Counted from the first letter of the stretch, positions 1 to 9,016 are shown. The stretch: DNA of 64,000 nt from Deltaproteobacteria bacterium (GCA_009929215.1 SAAX01000004.1:1032-65031); one strand, 5' to 3'. The notes: generated from the letters alone by a model not told the origin. Translations and numbers: made by a program.

Positions 1-1973
1 TGACCAATCTTCTGAACGACCTGAAGGACCACCCAGGCACAGTCAACATCAAGCTTATTGGCTTCAGCAGTTCAATAACCATAGACCTTGAAGCTCTTGA
101 GGGCAGCAGCAAGTACCAGAAGAATTTTGCCAAGTTGCTTGCGGAACTCAACGACGCAGAGGCTAGTGGTGCCACCAACTACGAGGCGGCCTTCACCGCT
201 GCCGCAAGCTGGTTTGCCGGAAATGCTGGCAATGGCAATACCAAGCTTACGTACTTCCTGTCGGACGGCGTACCCACTTCCCGAGATACGTGGTATGGCA
301 CAACCAATGATGGTGATGGCTCTCGTATGTCGGAAGATGAATTCACTGAAGCCTTGGCCCAGTACAACTCGCTCGTCGCTGCCGGGGTTCAGGTCAACGC
401 CATTGGCATTGGCACAGGCATTGATGCCAACGTCCTGAAGTACTTTGACAACACCCCTCTCCCTGGCGGTTCGGTCAGCACTTCCACAACAACCTTCAAC
501 GGAAACAATTACTCGGACACATTTACCTACACTGGCAAGGCTGGTGCGGTAAGCATCGTAAACAACGCAGCGGAACTTACGGCTGCGTTGAATGAGGGCA
601 CACCCGATGAACTTCGGGTTAACCTGGTATCCGTCGGCAAGGATACCGTGAACGGCGGTGCGGGCAACGACATCCTGTTTGGTGATGCCGTTAACGCCAA
701 CTGGCTGCTTCAGGACACCAGCTGGACATCCCCAGCCAAGGCCACTCTGAATCCCGGCGATTCAGTAAAGATCGTGCGTGAGTACGTGCTTGCAACTTCG
801 CTGCAGGGCACAACCCTTACAGGGGCAGCCCTTGAAGCCGCCATTAACGAAGCTATTTCGCGCGAACTTACCGAGCACAGCATGCTCTATGGTTTGAGTG
901 AAACTTCGCGGGGTGGTGCGGATACCCTCACCGGCGGCGATGGCAATGACATGCTCTTCGGCCAGGCTGGAGCGGATATTCTTGACGGTGGTGCCGGGCA
1001 TGACATGCTGGTGGGCGGTTCGGGTAATGACGAGCTTACTGGCGGCACAGGGGCGGATCTGTTCCTCTTCCACTCTGGCAGTGGCGCAGACATCATTACT
1101 GATTACAATGCAGCTCAGGGCGACGCTATTGTCCGGGTTGGTGATGCCGCCGCAGGCGACAGCATCACCGGCGCTAATGCGAGTGATGTCCATCGGGTCA
1201 ATGACGTACAGCAAGGGCATAACGTCACCATAGCTGATGGCAATAACCACCTGCTGGTTGGCAGTGGAGTTTCGACCGATGGCAATCACTACACAGGTGC
1301 GGAGGCACCGGGATTGACCTTTGATAATTCCCTTACGGGTGGTTCCGGCGACGACGTGATCTACGGCGGTGCTGGCAATAACTACCTCAATGGCGGCGCG
1401 GGCAACGACCACATAATTGGTGGCTCGGGTGACAGCTACCTCTTTGGTGGCGATGGAAACGACAGTCTGTATGGCGGGTCGGGCAACGACCACCTCTACG
1501 GTGGCGCAGGCAACGACAAGCTGGACGGCGGCGCAGGCAACGACTTCCTGGACGGCGGTACGGGCACCAATACCCTTTCGGGTGGTGCTGGCAACGACAT
1601 CCTTGTTCACCACAATGGCGACACCATCAGTGGCGGTCAGGGAATCGACGTACTGTTGACCGGCAATTCCACCAGCGACCTGAATACGCTGCTGACATCG
1701 GCCCAGGAAGTAGAAGTGGCCATCAAGGGAACTAGTGCTAACCCCAATGCCCCGCTGAGCCTCACGGATATCAGCAAGCTGGCAGACGTGGGCATCAACA
1801 TCAGCGATACGGCTGATGGAGCTGTCATGACTCTGTCTGACCAGTGGACGGCAACCGGAACGAACACTTTCACCAATTCCAGTGCTCATCTTGAGCTGAC
1901 CACCAACCTTACAGACAGCCACGATTCCGGCTCGTCCGCAGAAGTGGCCAAGTTCATACTGAACAACGGCTAG
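1..1973 (+). CDS. C-terminal part of a large RTX-type (hemolysin-type Ca-binding repeat) adhesin with a vWA-like segment. The 5' end lies upstream of the window.
   Basis: Frame 3 is open from nt 3 ([24 protein letters not shown]...), so track ORF 135..1973 (TTG) is only the tail. A vWA-like stretch is present (GATNYEAAF...[10 protein letters not shown]). There are two blocks of GGxGxD nonapeptides ([42 protein letters not shown]; [29 protein letters not shown]...). The repeat-free acidic C-terminal ~110 aa is as expected for a type I secretion signal region. Confidence 0.85.
   Translation, partial: TNLLNDLKDHPGTVNIKLIGFSSSITIDLEALEGSSKYQKNFAKLLAELNDAEASGATNYEAAFTAAASWFAGNAGNGNTKLTYFLSDGVPTSRDTWYGTTNDGDGSRMSEDEFTEALAQYNSLVAAGVQVNAIGIGTGIDANVLKYFDNTPLPGGSVSTSTTTFNGNNYSDTFTYTGKAGAVSIVNNAAELTAALNEGTPDELRVNLVSVGKDTVNGGAGNDILFGDAVNANWLLQDTSWTSPAKATLNPGDSVKIVREYVLATSLQGTTLTGAALEAAINEAISRELTEHSMLYGLSETSRGGADTLTGGDGNDMLFGQAGADILDGGAGHDMLVGGSGNDELTGGTGADLFLFHSGSGADIITDYNAAQGDAIVRVGDAAAGDSITGANASDVHRVNDVQQGHNVTIADGNNHLLVGSGVSTDGNHYTGAEAPGLTFDNSLTGGSGDDVIYGGAGNNYLNGGAGNDHIIGGSGDSYLFGGDGNDSLYGGSGNDHLYGGAGNDKLDGGAGNDFLDGGTGTNTLSGGAGNDILVHHNGDTISGGQGIDVLLTGNSTSDLNTLLTSAQEVEVAIKGTSANPNAPLSLTDISKLADVGINISDTADGAVMTLSDQWTATGTNTFTNSSAHLELTTNLTDSHDSGSSAEVAKFILNNG
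1338..1607 (+). repeat. Tandem RTX nonapeptide-coding repeats (about 10 GGxGxDxLx units)
   Basis: Reiterated ggYgSNggcaacgac units translate to GGAGND/GGSGND motifs. They lie inside the adhesin CDS. Confidence 0.85.
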
Positions 1974-2025
1974 ACCAAATAACTGTTGGGCGGCATCCAC
2001 ATTCTGGGTGCTGCCCAACTAAAAG

Positions 2026-2071
2026 AACCCCGAGGGTATCTTGGTAGTACCAAGGTCTCCTCGGGGTTTTT
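2026..2071 (+). terminator. Intrinsic terminator downstream of the RTX adhesin gene
   Basis: A 10-bp outer stem aaccccgagg/cctcggggtt encloses an inner cttggt/accaag stem and is followed by a T run (2067-2071). Confidence 0.75.
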
Positions 2072-2194
2072 CGATTTGAACGGCGTCAGGCCTGCTGCGA
2101 CAGATGGGGCAAACTCACTCCTCTCACGGCATAAAAAAAGTGCTCCTGCAACAGAAGCACATTCGTTCAATGAAAATCAGCCACAAAAACGGAT

Positions 2195-2962
2195 TCAGGA
2201 CAGCAGGGAGATTATACTGCCAAGATCGCGCAACAGCGGGTCTTCCTCATCGGGCATGGCATCTTCCGCTGCCTTGGTCAGTATGTCTGCCTGTTTTACC
2301 AAAAATTCGGATTCACTGGCGTATGCGTCTGAGAGAGCGTCATTACCATTGTAGATGATGGTGGCAGTCGTTACATTTGTAGAAAGACTGCTGATAAGCG
2401 CATCAAGATCAAGAGTACCACTGCTCAAGTCTACGCTCGAGAGAGAATTGAGATACGACATATCATTCAGTTTAAAATTTGAATTGTCGTATCCCGTCTG
2501 TATTTTCACTGTTGCGGAATTACCATCGGCGCTGACTGTAAGGCGGCTGTCGCCTGTCCAGCCAGATTTGTCCAATAAAGAAATGTTGTTATATTTCGAG
2601 TTGGCAATGGTCGAAGTGATACCCTGAGCCAGAGCCGTGAATTTTACGCCGTTTACTGCGCCCTTGGTAGAGTCGGCCTTAACCTCCTGCGCAAGGGCCA
2701 GCATTTCTGTCAGATTATCAACAATTGTCGAAGCAGAGCTGGCAACAATGTCAGCGATATTTGACGCCTCAGTGGCATTTTTAGCCCCCTGGCGCAGCAT
2801 TGCAGAGTCACTTCTGATACGGCCAGTCAAAGCTTCGGCCATCATTTCCCTGCCGGATTTTTGCGTGATCGTCGGTGTTGCCTGCTGCACGCTATCCAGC
2901 AGCAGGCTCAGGCTGCTGCTTCTCAGGTATGTATAGGTCAGAAGCTGGTCAAAGAAGTCCAT
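2195..2962 (-). CDS. Short divergent flagellin-like (flagellin/FlgL superfamily) protein, 255 aa
   Basis: ATG at 2962. The N-terminal helical segment (AEALTGRIRSDSAMLRQGAKNATEASNIADIVASSASTIVDNLTEMLALAQE) resembles flagellin-N. NSKYNNISLLDKS resembles the FNGxxLLDGS motif. The C-terminal helical segment resembles flagellin-C. A sigma28 promoter lies directly upstream. The canonical N-terminal INTN-type motif is not seen. Confidence 0.55.
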   Translation of the reverse strand: MDFFDQLLTYTYLRSSSLSLLLDSVQQATPTITQKSGREMMAEALTGRIRSDSAMLRQGAKNATEASNIADIVASSASTIVDNLTEMLALAQEVKADSTKGAVNGVKFTALAQGITSTIANSKYNNISLLDKSGWTGDSRLTVSADGNSATVKIQTGYDNSNFKLNDMSYLNSLSSVDLSSGTLDLDALISSLSTNVTTATIIYNGNDALSDAYASESEFLVKQADILTKAAEDAMPDEEDPLLRDLGSIISLLS

Positions 2963-3003
2963 CCGCCACCCCTCTTCCGTAAGGATATCTGCTCCTGATC
3001 AGC

Positions 3004-3030
3004 TTATCGGCGGATTTTTTAAAAAACTTA
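3004..3030 (-). promoter_or_regulatory. Sigma28 (FliA)-type promoter for the flagellin-like gene
   Basis: The minus strand reads TAAGTTTT-N11-GCCGATAA. The -10 box is 8/8 to the GCCGATAA consensus, the -35 box is 6/8 to TAAAGTTT, and the TAAN-N15-GCCGATAA spacing is exact. It sits 41 nt upstream of the ATG at 2962. Confidence 0.75.
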
Positions 3031-3048
3031 GCTCGCGGGGTGAGTCTT

Positions 3049-3558
3049 TCAGACGGCTGCGTTCATGCGCCACAGTGCCCACGAAAGGGCCGTGGCAAAG
3101 CACACCCAGCACGCATACGGAAGCATGAGAACAGCAGCAACCATTGAGATGCGCCGCATAATAGCCACACAGCCCCAAACAGCCACAGCCAGGGCCGCGC
3201 ACACCACAAATGCGGCCATGCCCGCTGGCTTCAACCAGAAAACCACGGGCCACAACGCATTGAGGGCAAGCTGCCCCCACCAGCAGGTATGCGCCTGTGT
3301 ATACGCCCTTGAGGGGCGCATTGGCTTCTTTCTCCATACCTGCCATATTGCAAGACACATGCAGATATACAGCGCAGTCCACACTGGCGCAAAAATCCAC
3401 CCCGGCGGAGCCCAGGCAGGCTTTATCAAAGCGGCATAATACTGGGTGATGGAAACCTGCAAGGTAAAGTACGAACCAATCACGGCGGCAGCGCAGGTAG
3501 CAGCCAGATAACCAAGCAGCGTAATCAGTGGCAATTTGCTGTCCTGGGGTACATTCAT
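3049..3558 (-). CDS. tspO: TspO/MBR family tryptophan-rich sensory protein
   Basis: KPAWAPPGWIFAPVWTALYICMCLAIWQVW and a multi-TM Trp-rich layout. The start was moved to the internal ATG (MNVPQD...) to match the ~160-aa family length and to avoid overlap with the divergent gene. Confidence 0.85.
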   Translation of the reverse strand: MNVPQDSKLPLITLLGYLAATCAAAVIGSYFTLQVSITQYYAALIKPAWAPPGWIFAPVWTALYICMCLAIWQVWRKKPMRPSRAYTQAHTCWWGQLALNALWPVVFWLKPAGMAAFVVCAALAVAVWGCVAIMRRISMVAAVLMLPYACWVCFATALSWALWRMNAAV

Positions 3559-3609
3559 AAACACCGCCACAATATTTGTACTCAAAGAGTTCAACAAGAC
3601 AAATCGAGG

Positions 3610-4494
3610 ATGAAACGGCAGATGCATTTTGTAAAGGCAAAAGGAATTTTATCCGCAAAAAATGGCCTGAATCTTTACCGTGGCTGCACGCACGGCTGTA
3701 TTTATTGCGACTCGCGCAGCACCTGCTACAACATGGATCATGATTTTGAAGACATAGAGGTAAAAGAAAACGCCCTGGAGCTGCTTGATAGTGCCCTGAA
3801 GCGCAAACGAAAAAAATGCATGATCGGCACAGGTTCCATGACCGACCCGTATATTCCGGCAGAACTGAAACTCGGCAATGTGCGAAAAGCCTTGTCGCTG
3901 CTGCACCAGTACGGCTTTGGCTTTACGGTAATAACCAAGTCGGCCAGCATACTGCGCGACCTCGACCTGCTGCAAAAAATCAATAGCAAGGCCAAGTGCG
4001 TGGTGCAGATGACCCTGACCACGCACGATGAGCAGCTCTGCAAAAAGCTGGAGCCCAACGTAAGCACCACCGCAGAGCGGTTTGCCGCCCTGCTGCGCCT
4101 GCGCGATGCGGGCATACCCACCGTTGTGTGGCTCTGCCCCATTTTGCCCTTTATCAATGATACAGAGGAAAACATCGCCGGGATTCTGAACTACTGCACA
4201 GAGGCAAAGGCGCGCGGCATCATCTGCTTTGGCATGGGGCTAACGCTGCGCGACGGCAACCGACAATACTTCTACAGCCAGCTGGACAGGCACTTTCCCG
4301 GTATGAAGGAAAAATATATGCGCACCTACGGCACGCAATACATACTGGGCAGCCCCAACGGCAAACACCTGATGGACTTGTTTCACAGACACTGTGAGCA
4401 ACACGGCATCATGCACGACCCCGCGCAAATTTTTGAATACCTGAGCACGCTTGATGAAAAACAGCCACGCGAGCAGCTAAGCCTGTGGGGGTAA
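3610..4494 (+). CDS. SPL-family (SplB/COG1533-like) radical SAM protein
   Basis: CTHGCIYCDSR (CxxxCxxC) lies near the N-terminus. The remainder resembles spore-photoproduct-lyase-like radical SAM proteins. An alternative start is the ATG at 3622. Confidence 0.8.
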   Translation: MKRQMHFVKAKGILSAKNGLNLYRGCTHGCIYCDSRSTCYNMDHDFEDIEVKENALELLDSALKRKRKKCMIGTGSMTDPYIPAELKLGNVRKALSLLHQYGFGFTVITKSASILRDLDLLQKINSKAKCVVQMTLTTHDEQLCKKLEPNVSTTAERFAALLRLRDAGIPTVVWLCPILPFINDTEENIAGILNYCTEAKARGIICFGMGLTLRDGNRQYFYSQLDRHFPGMKEKYMRTYGTQYILGSPNGKHLMDLFHRHCEQHGIMHDPAQIFEYLSTLDEKQPREQLSLWG

Positions 4495-4910
4495 GGGAGA
4501 AGCTCCTTTTTGTTTGGAGCAAGCTGCGCCATAGAACAAATTGCACTTGCAGACAGATAAAATAATGTCACAAAGCTCACAGGCCACAACAGCATATCCA
4601 CACGCAGCACTTCTCAACCCGACCTGACAGAATTCATCAATTCCACCTCAGCCTGTTTAATAACCGCCGCATTTCGTTGTGGAACATACACCCCACTTTC
4701 ACGCTGCAATTCTTTTTATATTTCTCTGTAAAACCAACAGATCAACACGTACCCACCTTGATTTTTTTATCGCCAAGCCATACGGTTTGAACGTTTGGTC
4801 AACTAGTAAAAGATCCCAAGCCAGCAAGACATATGATGTTAGGCGTGCTGTCAACACAGCACAAGACTGTACTAAAAGATAAAATGCTTTCAATTCATCG
4901 GAGAAATACG

Positions 4911-6848
4911 ATGCATTTTCCCAACCCGAAATCAAAGTCGCCTTCAAAGTATACAATAGAACTTCAAAAACACCACCGCAACACACTGCCTTTTAATGAC
5001 AGGCGCGACTATGACGAAATGAATAAAGGCTTTATCGCTGCGCCTGAATCCAGAAAAATTTTTTCAAAAGATGGACAGGAAGTTTGGGATATAGGCAGCT
5101 ACGATTTTTTACTCGACGAAACACAGTTTGACAGCATCCATCCATCATTGCAGCGCCAGGCAACACTCAACATGGGCTATGGCCTGTATGAAGTTGTTCC
5201 TGATCATATCTGGCAGGTTCGCGGATTTGATCTGGCCAATATCAGCTTTGTAAAAGGCCGCACCGGCTGGATCATTATCGATGCCCTTACCTGCGAAGAA
5301 ACCGCCAAGGCATCGCTGGATTTCATCAATGCAACACTTGGCCCCCGGCCAGTTTCTGCCCTGATCATAACCCATTCCCATGTGGATCATTTTGGCGGCA
5401 TGCGCGCGCTGGTGGATGAGGCCGATGTGCGCAGCGGCAAAATTCCGGTCATAGCGCCAGACGGATTTCTTGAACATTCGGTTTCAGAAAACGTATACGC
5501 TGGCACGGCCATGCGCAGAAGATCCAACTATCAGTACGGCAACCGCCTGCCTCACAGCCCGGTTTGCCATGTTGACCAGTCCATTGGCAAAACGGCTCCC
5601 CGGGGTACCGTTGGCTTGATGGCTCCATCGCGTCTTGTATCTGCCGATATTGAAGAATTTTCTGTTGATGGCGTGAACATGATATTCCACAACACGCCCG
5701 GCACAGAAGCCCCGGCAGAATTCAATATCTATCTGCCTGAATTTAAGGCTTTTATGGCAGCAGAAAATATTTGCGCCACCATCCACAACATATACACATT
5801 GCGTGGTGCACTTGTACGTGACGCCTTGTTCTGGTCAAAAAAAATCAACGAAGCGCTGTACAGATTTGGCAATGATGTTGAAGTCATGTTTACCGTGCAT
5901 TCGTGGCCGCGCTTTGGCAACAAACGCATTCAGGAAGTAATGCGCGCCCAGCGCGATACCTACGCACACCTGAACAACGCTGTTTTGCATTACGCCAACA
6001 AGGGCGTGACCATCAACGAAATACACAACGTCTACCACCTGCCGGAGAGCCTCAAGCAGCAGTGGGCCGCCCACAGCTACCACGGCTCGGAAAAACACAA
6101 CTCACGCGCTGTCATAAACCGGTATCTGGGCTATTGGGATTGTAACCCCGCCACCCTTGCACCGCTTTCGCCGCACGAATCGGCCCCACTGTATGTGGAG
6201 ATGATGGGTGGCGCAGCCAACATCCAGGCCCGCGCCGCAACACTGCTGCAAGAGGGCAAATACCTGCTGGCCGTCGAAATTTTGAACAAGCTTGTGTATG
6301 CCGAGCCAGAAAATCAGGATGCCAAAGACCTGCTGGCAGACGCCTTTGAACAGCTGGGCTACCAGCATGAGAGCACCAGCCTGAGAAATTCATACCTGAA
6401 TGGCGCTTTTGAGCTTCGCTATGGATTTTTGGGCACAACCCTTACCGCTGTTCCCACAACCACAATACTTGCCATGACCACCGGGCTGTGGCTGGACTAT
6501 CTGGCTATTTGTATTGACCCGGAAAAAGCTGCTCAATGCGAATTTGCCATGAATCTGATCACACCCGACAACAGCGAAAAGTATGCGGTTGAGCTCAAAA
6601 ACGGCACGCTTACCAACATCAAGGGCTTTTTGTCGCCAGCGCCCGATGCCACAGTAACCATCAACAGAAGCGACATTGATGCCGTTCTGCTTGGCAAAAC
6701 CAGCCTGAAAGAACTTTTTTCCAGCGGCAAGGCTTCGCTTACGGGTACGCTCAACCCCTTTGAACTGTTGCAGGGCATGACAACAAAATTCAGCCAAAAC
6801 TTTGAGATCATGCCCGGCACGCAGGGCACAGTTAAAACACGGCCATAG
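4911..6848 (+). CDS. Alkyl/aryl-sulfatase (MBL-fold, SdsA1/YjcS/BDS1 type)
   Basis: THSHVDHFGG (HxHxDH) marks the metallo-beta-lactamase core. It is followed by a dimerisation region and an SCP2-like C-terminal region. The start was set at ATG 4911 (MHFPNPKS) with GGAG 8 nt upstream. No signal peptide is evident. Confidence 0.85.
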   Translation: MHFPNPKSKSPSKYTIELQKHHRNTLPFNDRRDYDEMNKGFIAAPESRKIFSKDGQEVWDIGSYDFLLDETQFDSIHPSLQRQATLNMGYGLYEVVPDHIWQVRGFDLANISFVKGRTGWIIIDALTCEETAKASLDFINATLGPRPVSALIITHSHVDHFGGMRALVDEADVRSGKIPVIAPDGFLEHSVSENVYAGTAMRRRSNYQYGNRLPHSPVCHVDQSIGKTAPRGTVGLMAPSRLVSADIEEFSVDGVNMIFHNTPGTEAPAEFNIYLPEFKAFMAAENICATIHNIYTLRGALVRDALFWSKKINEALYRFGNDVEVMFTVHSWPRFGNKRIQEVMRAQRDTYAHLNNAVLHYANKGVTINEIHNVYHLPESLKQQWAAHSYHGSEKHNSRAVINRYLGYWDCNPATLAPLSPHESAPLYVEMMGGAANIQARAATLLQEGKYLLAVEILNKLVYAEPENQDAKDLLADAFEQLGYQHESTSLRNSYLNGAFELRYGFLGTTLTAVPTTTILAMTTGLWLDYLAICIDPEKAAQCEFAMNLITPDNSEKYAVELKNGTLTNIKGFLSPAPDATVTINRSDIDAVLLGKTSLKELFSSGKASLTGTLNPFELLQGMTTKFSQNFEIMPGTQGTVKTRP

Positions 6849-6999
6849 CACCCGCAAATTCGCATTGTGGCATTCCTGTATTCTGTGCACGGGATGCCAC
6901 AATGTCATATTTCAAGCTCAGCCACCAAACCCAGTTGCCTTGCCAGCGTTTGAGGATTCGATTCATTTCAAATGGCACTTAACTCGCTGCGGTCTTTTA

Positions 7000-7665
7000 A
7001 TGCAAAACGAAAAAGAATCACTCAGCCTTTCTCTTGGTCAAGAAATCAAGACCCCCCGCGCGGCTGCCGCTGCGGGAATAGTATTTTCGCTTTTACTTGC
7101 AGCCACCATGATTCTGTTACGGCTTTCGGGCTTGCCTGCCATGCGGGGCCTTCCTGAACAGACCTGGAACGCCCCTGACGTATCGCTGGCTCTGCATCTT
7201 GTGCCTTTTGCGGGCATTTCCTTCATCTGGTTCATGGGGGTGCTGCGCGACAGGCTTGGCAAGGCAGAAGACCGCTTTTTTGCAACCGTATTCTGGAGCA
7301 GCGGAATTCTGTTTCTTGCCACATTTTTTGTTTCTGCGGCAGTGGCGGGCGCAACAACAGGTATTTTGCTCTCCAGCCCTGGCCAGCCCGATACGGCTCT
7401 GTATCGAATGGGCAGAGAAATAAGCGCGCACCTTTTAAATATTTTTTCACTGAAAATGGCAGCAGTATTCATAATATCCACAGCCAGCCTGGGCCTGCGC
7501 ACCAAGATTATGCCGCGCGGGATAGCCCTGACAGGTTACCTGTTTGCGTTGCTGCTTCTCATAAGCTCGAGCTTTGCAGACTGGCTGCCGCTGGCCTTTC
7601 CCTGCTGGATTTTTATTGTGAGCGCGTACATATTGGCGGACAACTTTAAATCACTCGAAAAATAA
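7000..7665 (+). CDS. Hypothetical polytopic membrane protein (221 aa)
   Basis: There are five to six hydrophobic helices. The internal ATG at 7000 (MQNEKESL) was chosen because the upstream part of the track ORF overlaps the sulfatase 3' end. No family was recognised. Confidence 0.55.
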   Translation: MQNEKESLSLSLGQEIKTPRAAAAAGIVFSLLLAATMILLRLSGLPAMRGLPEQTWNAPDVSLALHLVPFAGISFIWFMGVLRDRLGKAEDRFFATVFWSSGILFLATFFVSAAVAGATTGILLSSPGQPDTALYRMGREISAHLLNIFSLKMAAVFIISTASLGLRTKIMPRGIALTGYLFALLLLISSSFADWLPLAFPCWIFIVSAYILADNFKSLEK

Positions 7666-7762
7666 GCTGATTTAGCGCCCTCCCCGCCCTGAAAGTATGC
7701 CAAAAGCAGCAATATGTTGCTGGCATGCCTCGCGGAGTGTGAGGCAGAGGCAAAGATAGATA

Positions 7763-7792
7763 AAAAGGCCGCCCAGAAATGAGCGGCCTTTT
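7763..7792. terminator. Bidirectional intrinsic terminator hairpin
   Basis: aaaaggccgc-N10-gcggcctttt is a 10-bp stem with A/T runs on both sides. It lies between convergent genes. Confidence 0.7.
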
Positions 7793-7872
7793 GAATGAAC
7801 AAACATCAAAGAGGCAGATCGTCTGGTGGCTGGCCTGACACCAGTCAACCCATCCAGCACATGGTCCCTTTG

Positions 7873-8288
7873 CTAAAGACTTAGAGTGATGACCTCTCCA
7901 GAGGGCATAATAATCTTCCCGTATTCTTCGCCCGGCTGTGGAAGCATATCACCCGACTTCAGCCATGTCAGAAACCCTTCGATAGCGGGATGTACAATCG
8001 TGCGAAGCCCCATGATTTCATCCTCACACCCCACAAAATCCATGGAAAGAGTAGTTCCTCCTACATATTTCCAGCCGTTAAACATCATGAGATTCTGCTG
8101 CCTCAACAAAAAATATTTTGAGCAAGCTCAACCTTAAATTCCATATATCCTCCATGAGTATTCTTCTCCAGCCTTGCGGCCAGAGCATTAAAAACTGCTC
8201 TATGAAAAATATCAATATATCTATATACCGTCAACGGTTTCAAAACGTTACTTGAACAGCCCATCGCAACACACTCGCTCACTGGCAA
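7873..8288 (-). pseudogene. Frameshifted small ORF (61-aa and 78-aa pieces that would form a ~138-aa protein). Function unknown.
   Basis: Track ORFs 8103..8288 and 7873..8109 overlap at a coding-strand T6 run (attttttg, 8107-8118). The second frame is open back to 8127, so a 1-nt indel in the run fuses ...VELAQNIF to LLRQQNLMMFNGW.... Confidence 0.4.
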
Positions 8289-8319
8289 GGGGCTGCATGC
8301 GCTTTCTGCCTATGAAGCA

Positions 8320-8667
8320 CTAGTACTTTTCTGCAATCGGCAGTTTCTTTCCGATATCAAGCACAATCTCATGCACTGTCACATGAAACCACTGCTTAAA
8401 TAGCCGTAAATCCATTTTCTTGGGCCACGCCTCTTCATCCGTGTACCACCCCGCAAGCTCCTCTTCAAAGATTACCTTGAAATTCTTCTTGATCAACGTT
8501 TCAGGATCATCACCATCGAGCGAATCATCCACAAGGTACATGCGTGAGTATGACAGGATAGATTCATCGGGAATTTCAGCGGCCTCGGCATCGGTGCTTT
8601 GAACCCATTTGATGAAAGGCTCTTTGGGAATAACCGTAATGGCGGCTTTGTTAATGAGCTGCTGCAT
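8320..8667 (-). CDS. Hypothetical acidic cytoplasmic protein, 115 aa
   Basis: ATG at 8667 is preceded by GGAGGTG at 5-nt spacing. The protein is acidic (many D/E) with no TM helix or signal peptide. No family was recognised. Confidence 0.65.
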   Translation of the reverse strand: MQQLINKAAITVIPKEPFIKWVQSTDAEAAEIPDESILSYSRMYLVDDSLDGDDPETLIKKNFKVIFEEELAGWYTDEEAWPKKMDLRLFKQWFHVTVHEIVLDIGKKLPIAEKY

Positions 8668-9016
8668 GTGTCACCTCCAATTTGGGGCATATGAGCAGAA
8701 CCAGTAGGCTAAAAACAGATCAGATATGCGTACCCCTGCCCAATACTGCCCTTAGGGCTCCAGCTTTTGGTAGTCCACATCTGAGCACCCCCCAGAATCA
8801 ATTACTGCACTCAACAACAGGCATCTTTGAATGCATTCAGTCTGATTGCTTCCTCTCATCATATCTGTTTAGAAAATACTGGTCAAAACAAGGTCATCAG
8901 AATACCATAAGAAAAAAGTATTAGCACAGAAGTATAAATCACGATAACGCATAAAGCGCGCACGACATCTTAAAACGGATTTCATATGCGCCCATACAGC
9001 ACTATCGAGGAGCAGC

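Noticed and set aside
762-2018. A 418-aa minus-strand ORF.
   Set aside because: It is a mirror frame of the RTX repeat region. The GGxGxD-coding repeats are open in several frames, and there is no independent coding evidence.
6953-6961. A 9-nt match (aggattcga) to the T-arm region of tRNA-Pro, considered as a possible island attachment-site repeat.
   Set aside because: It is too short to be significant and does not cover the tRNA 3' end. No integrase, excisionase or other mobility gene lies between it and the tRNA.
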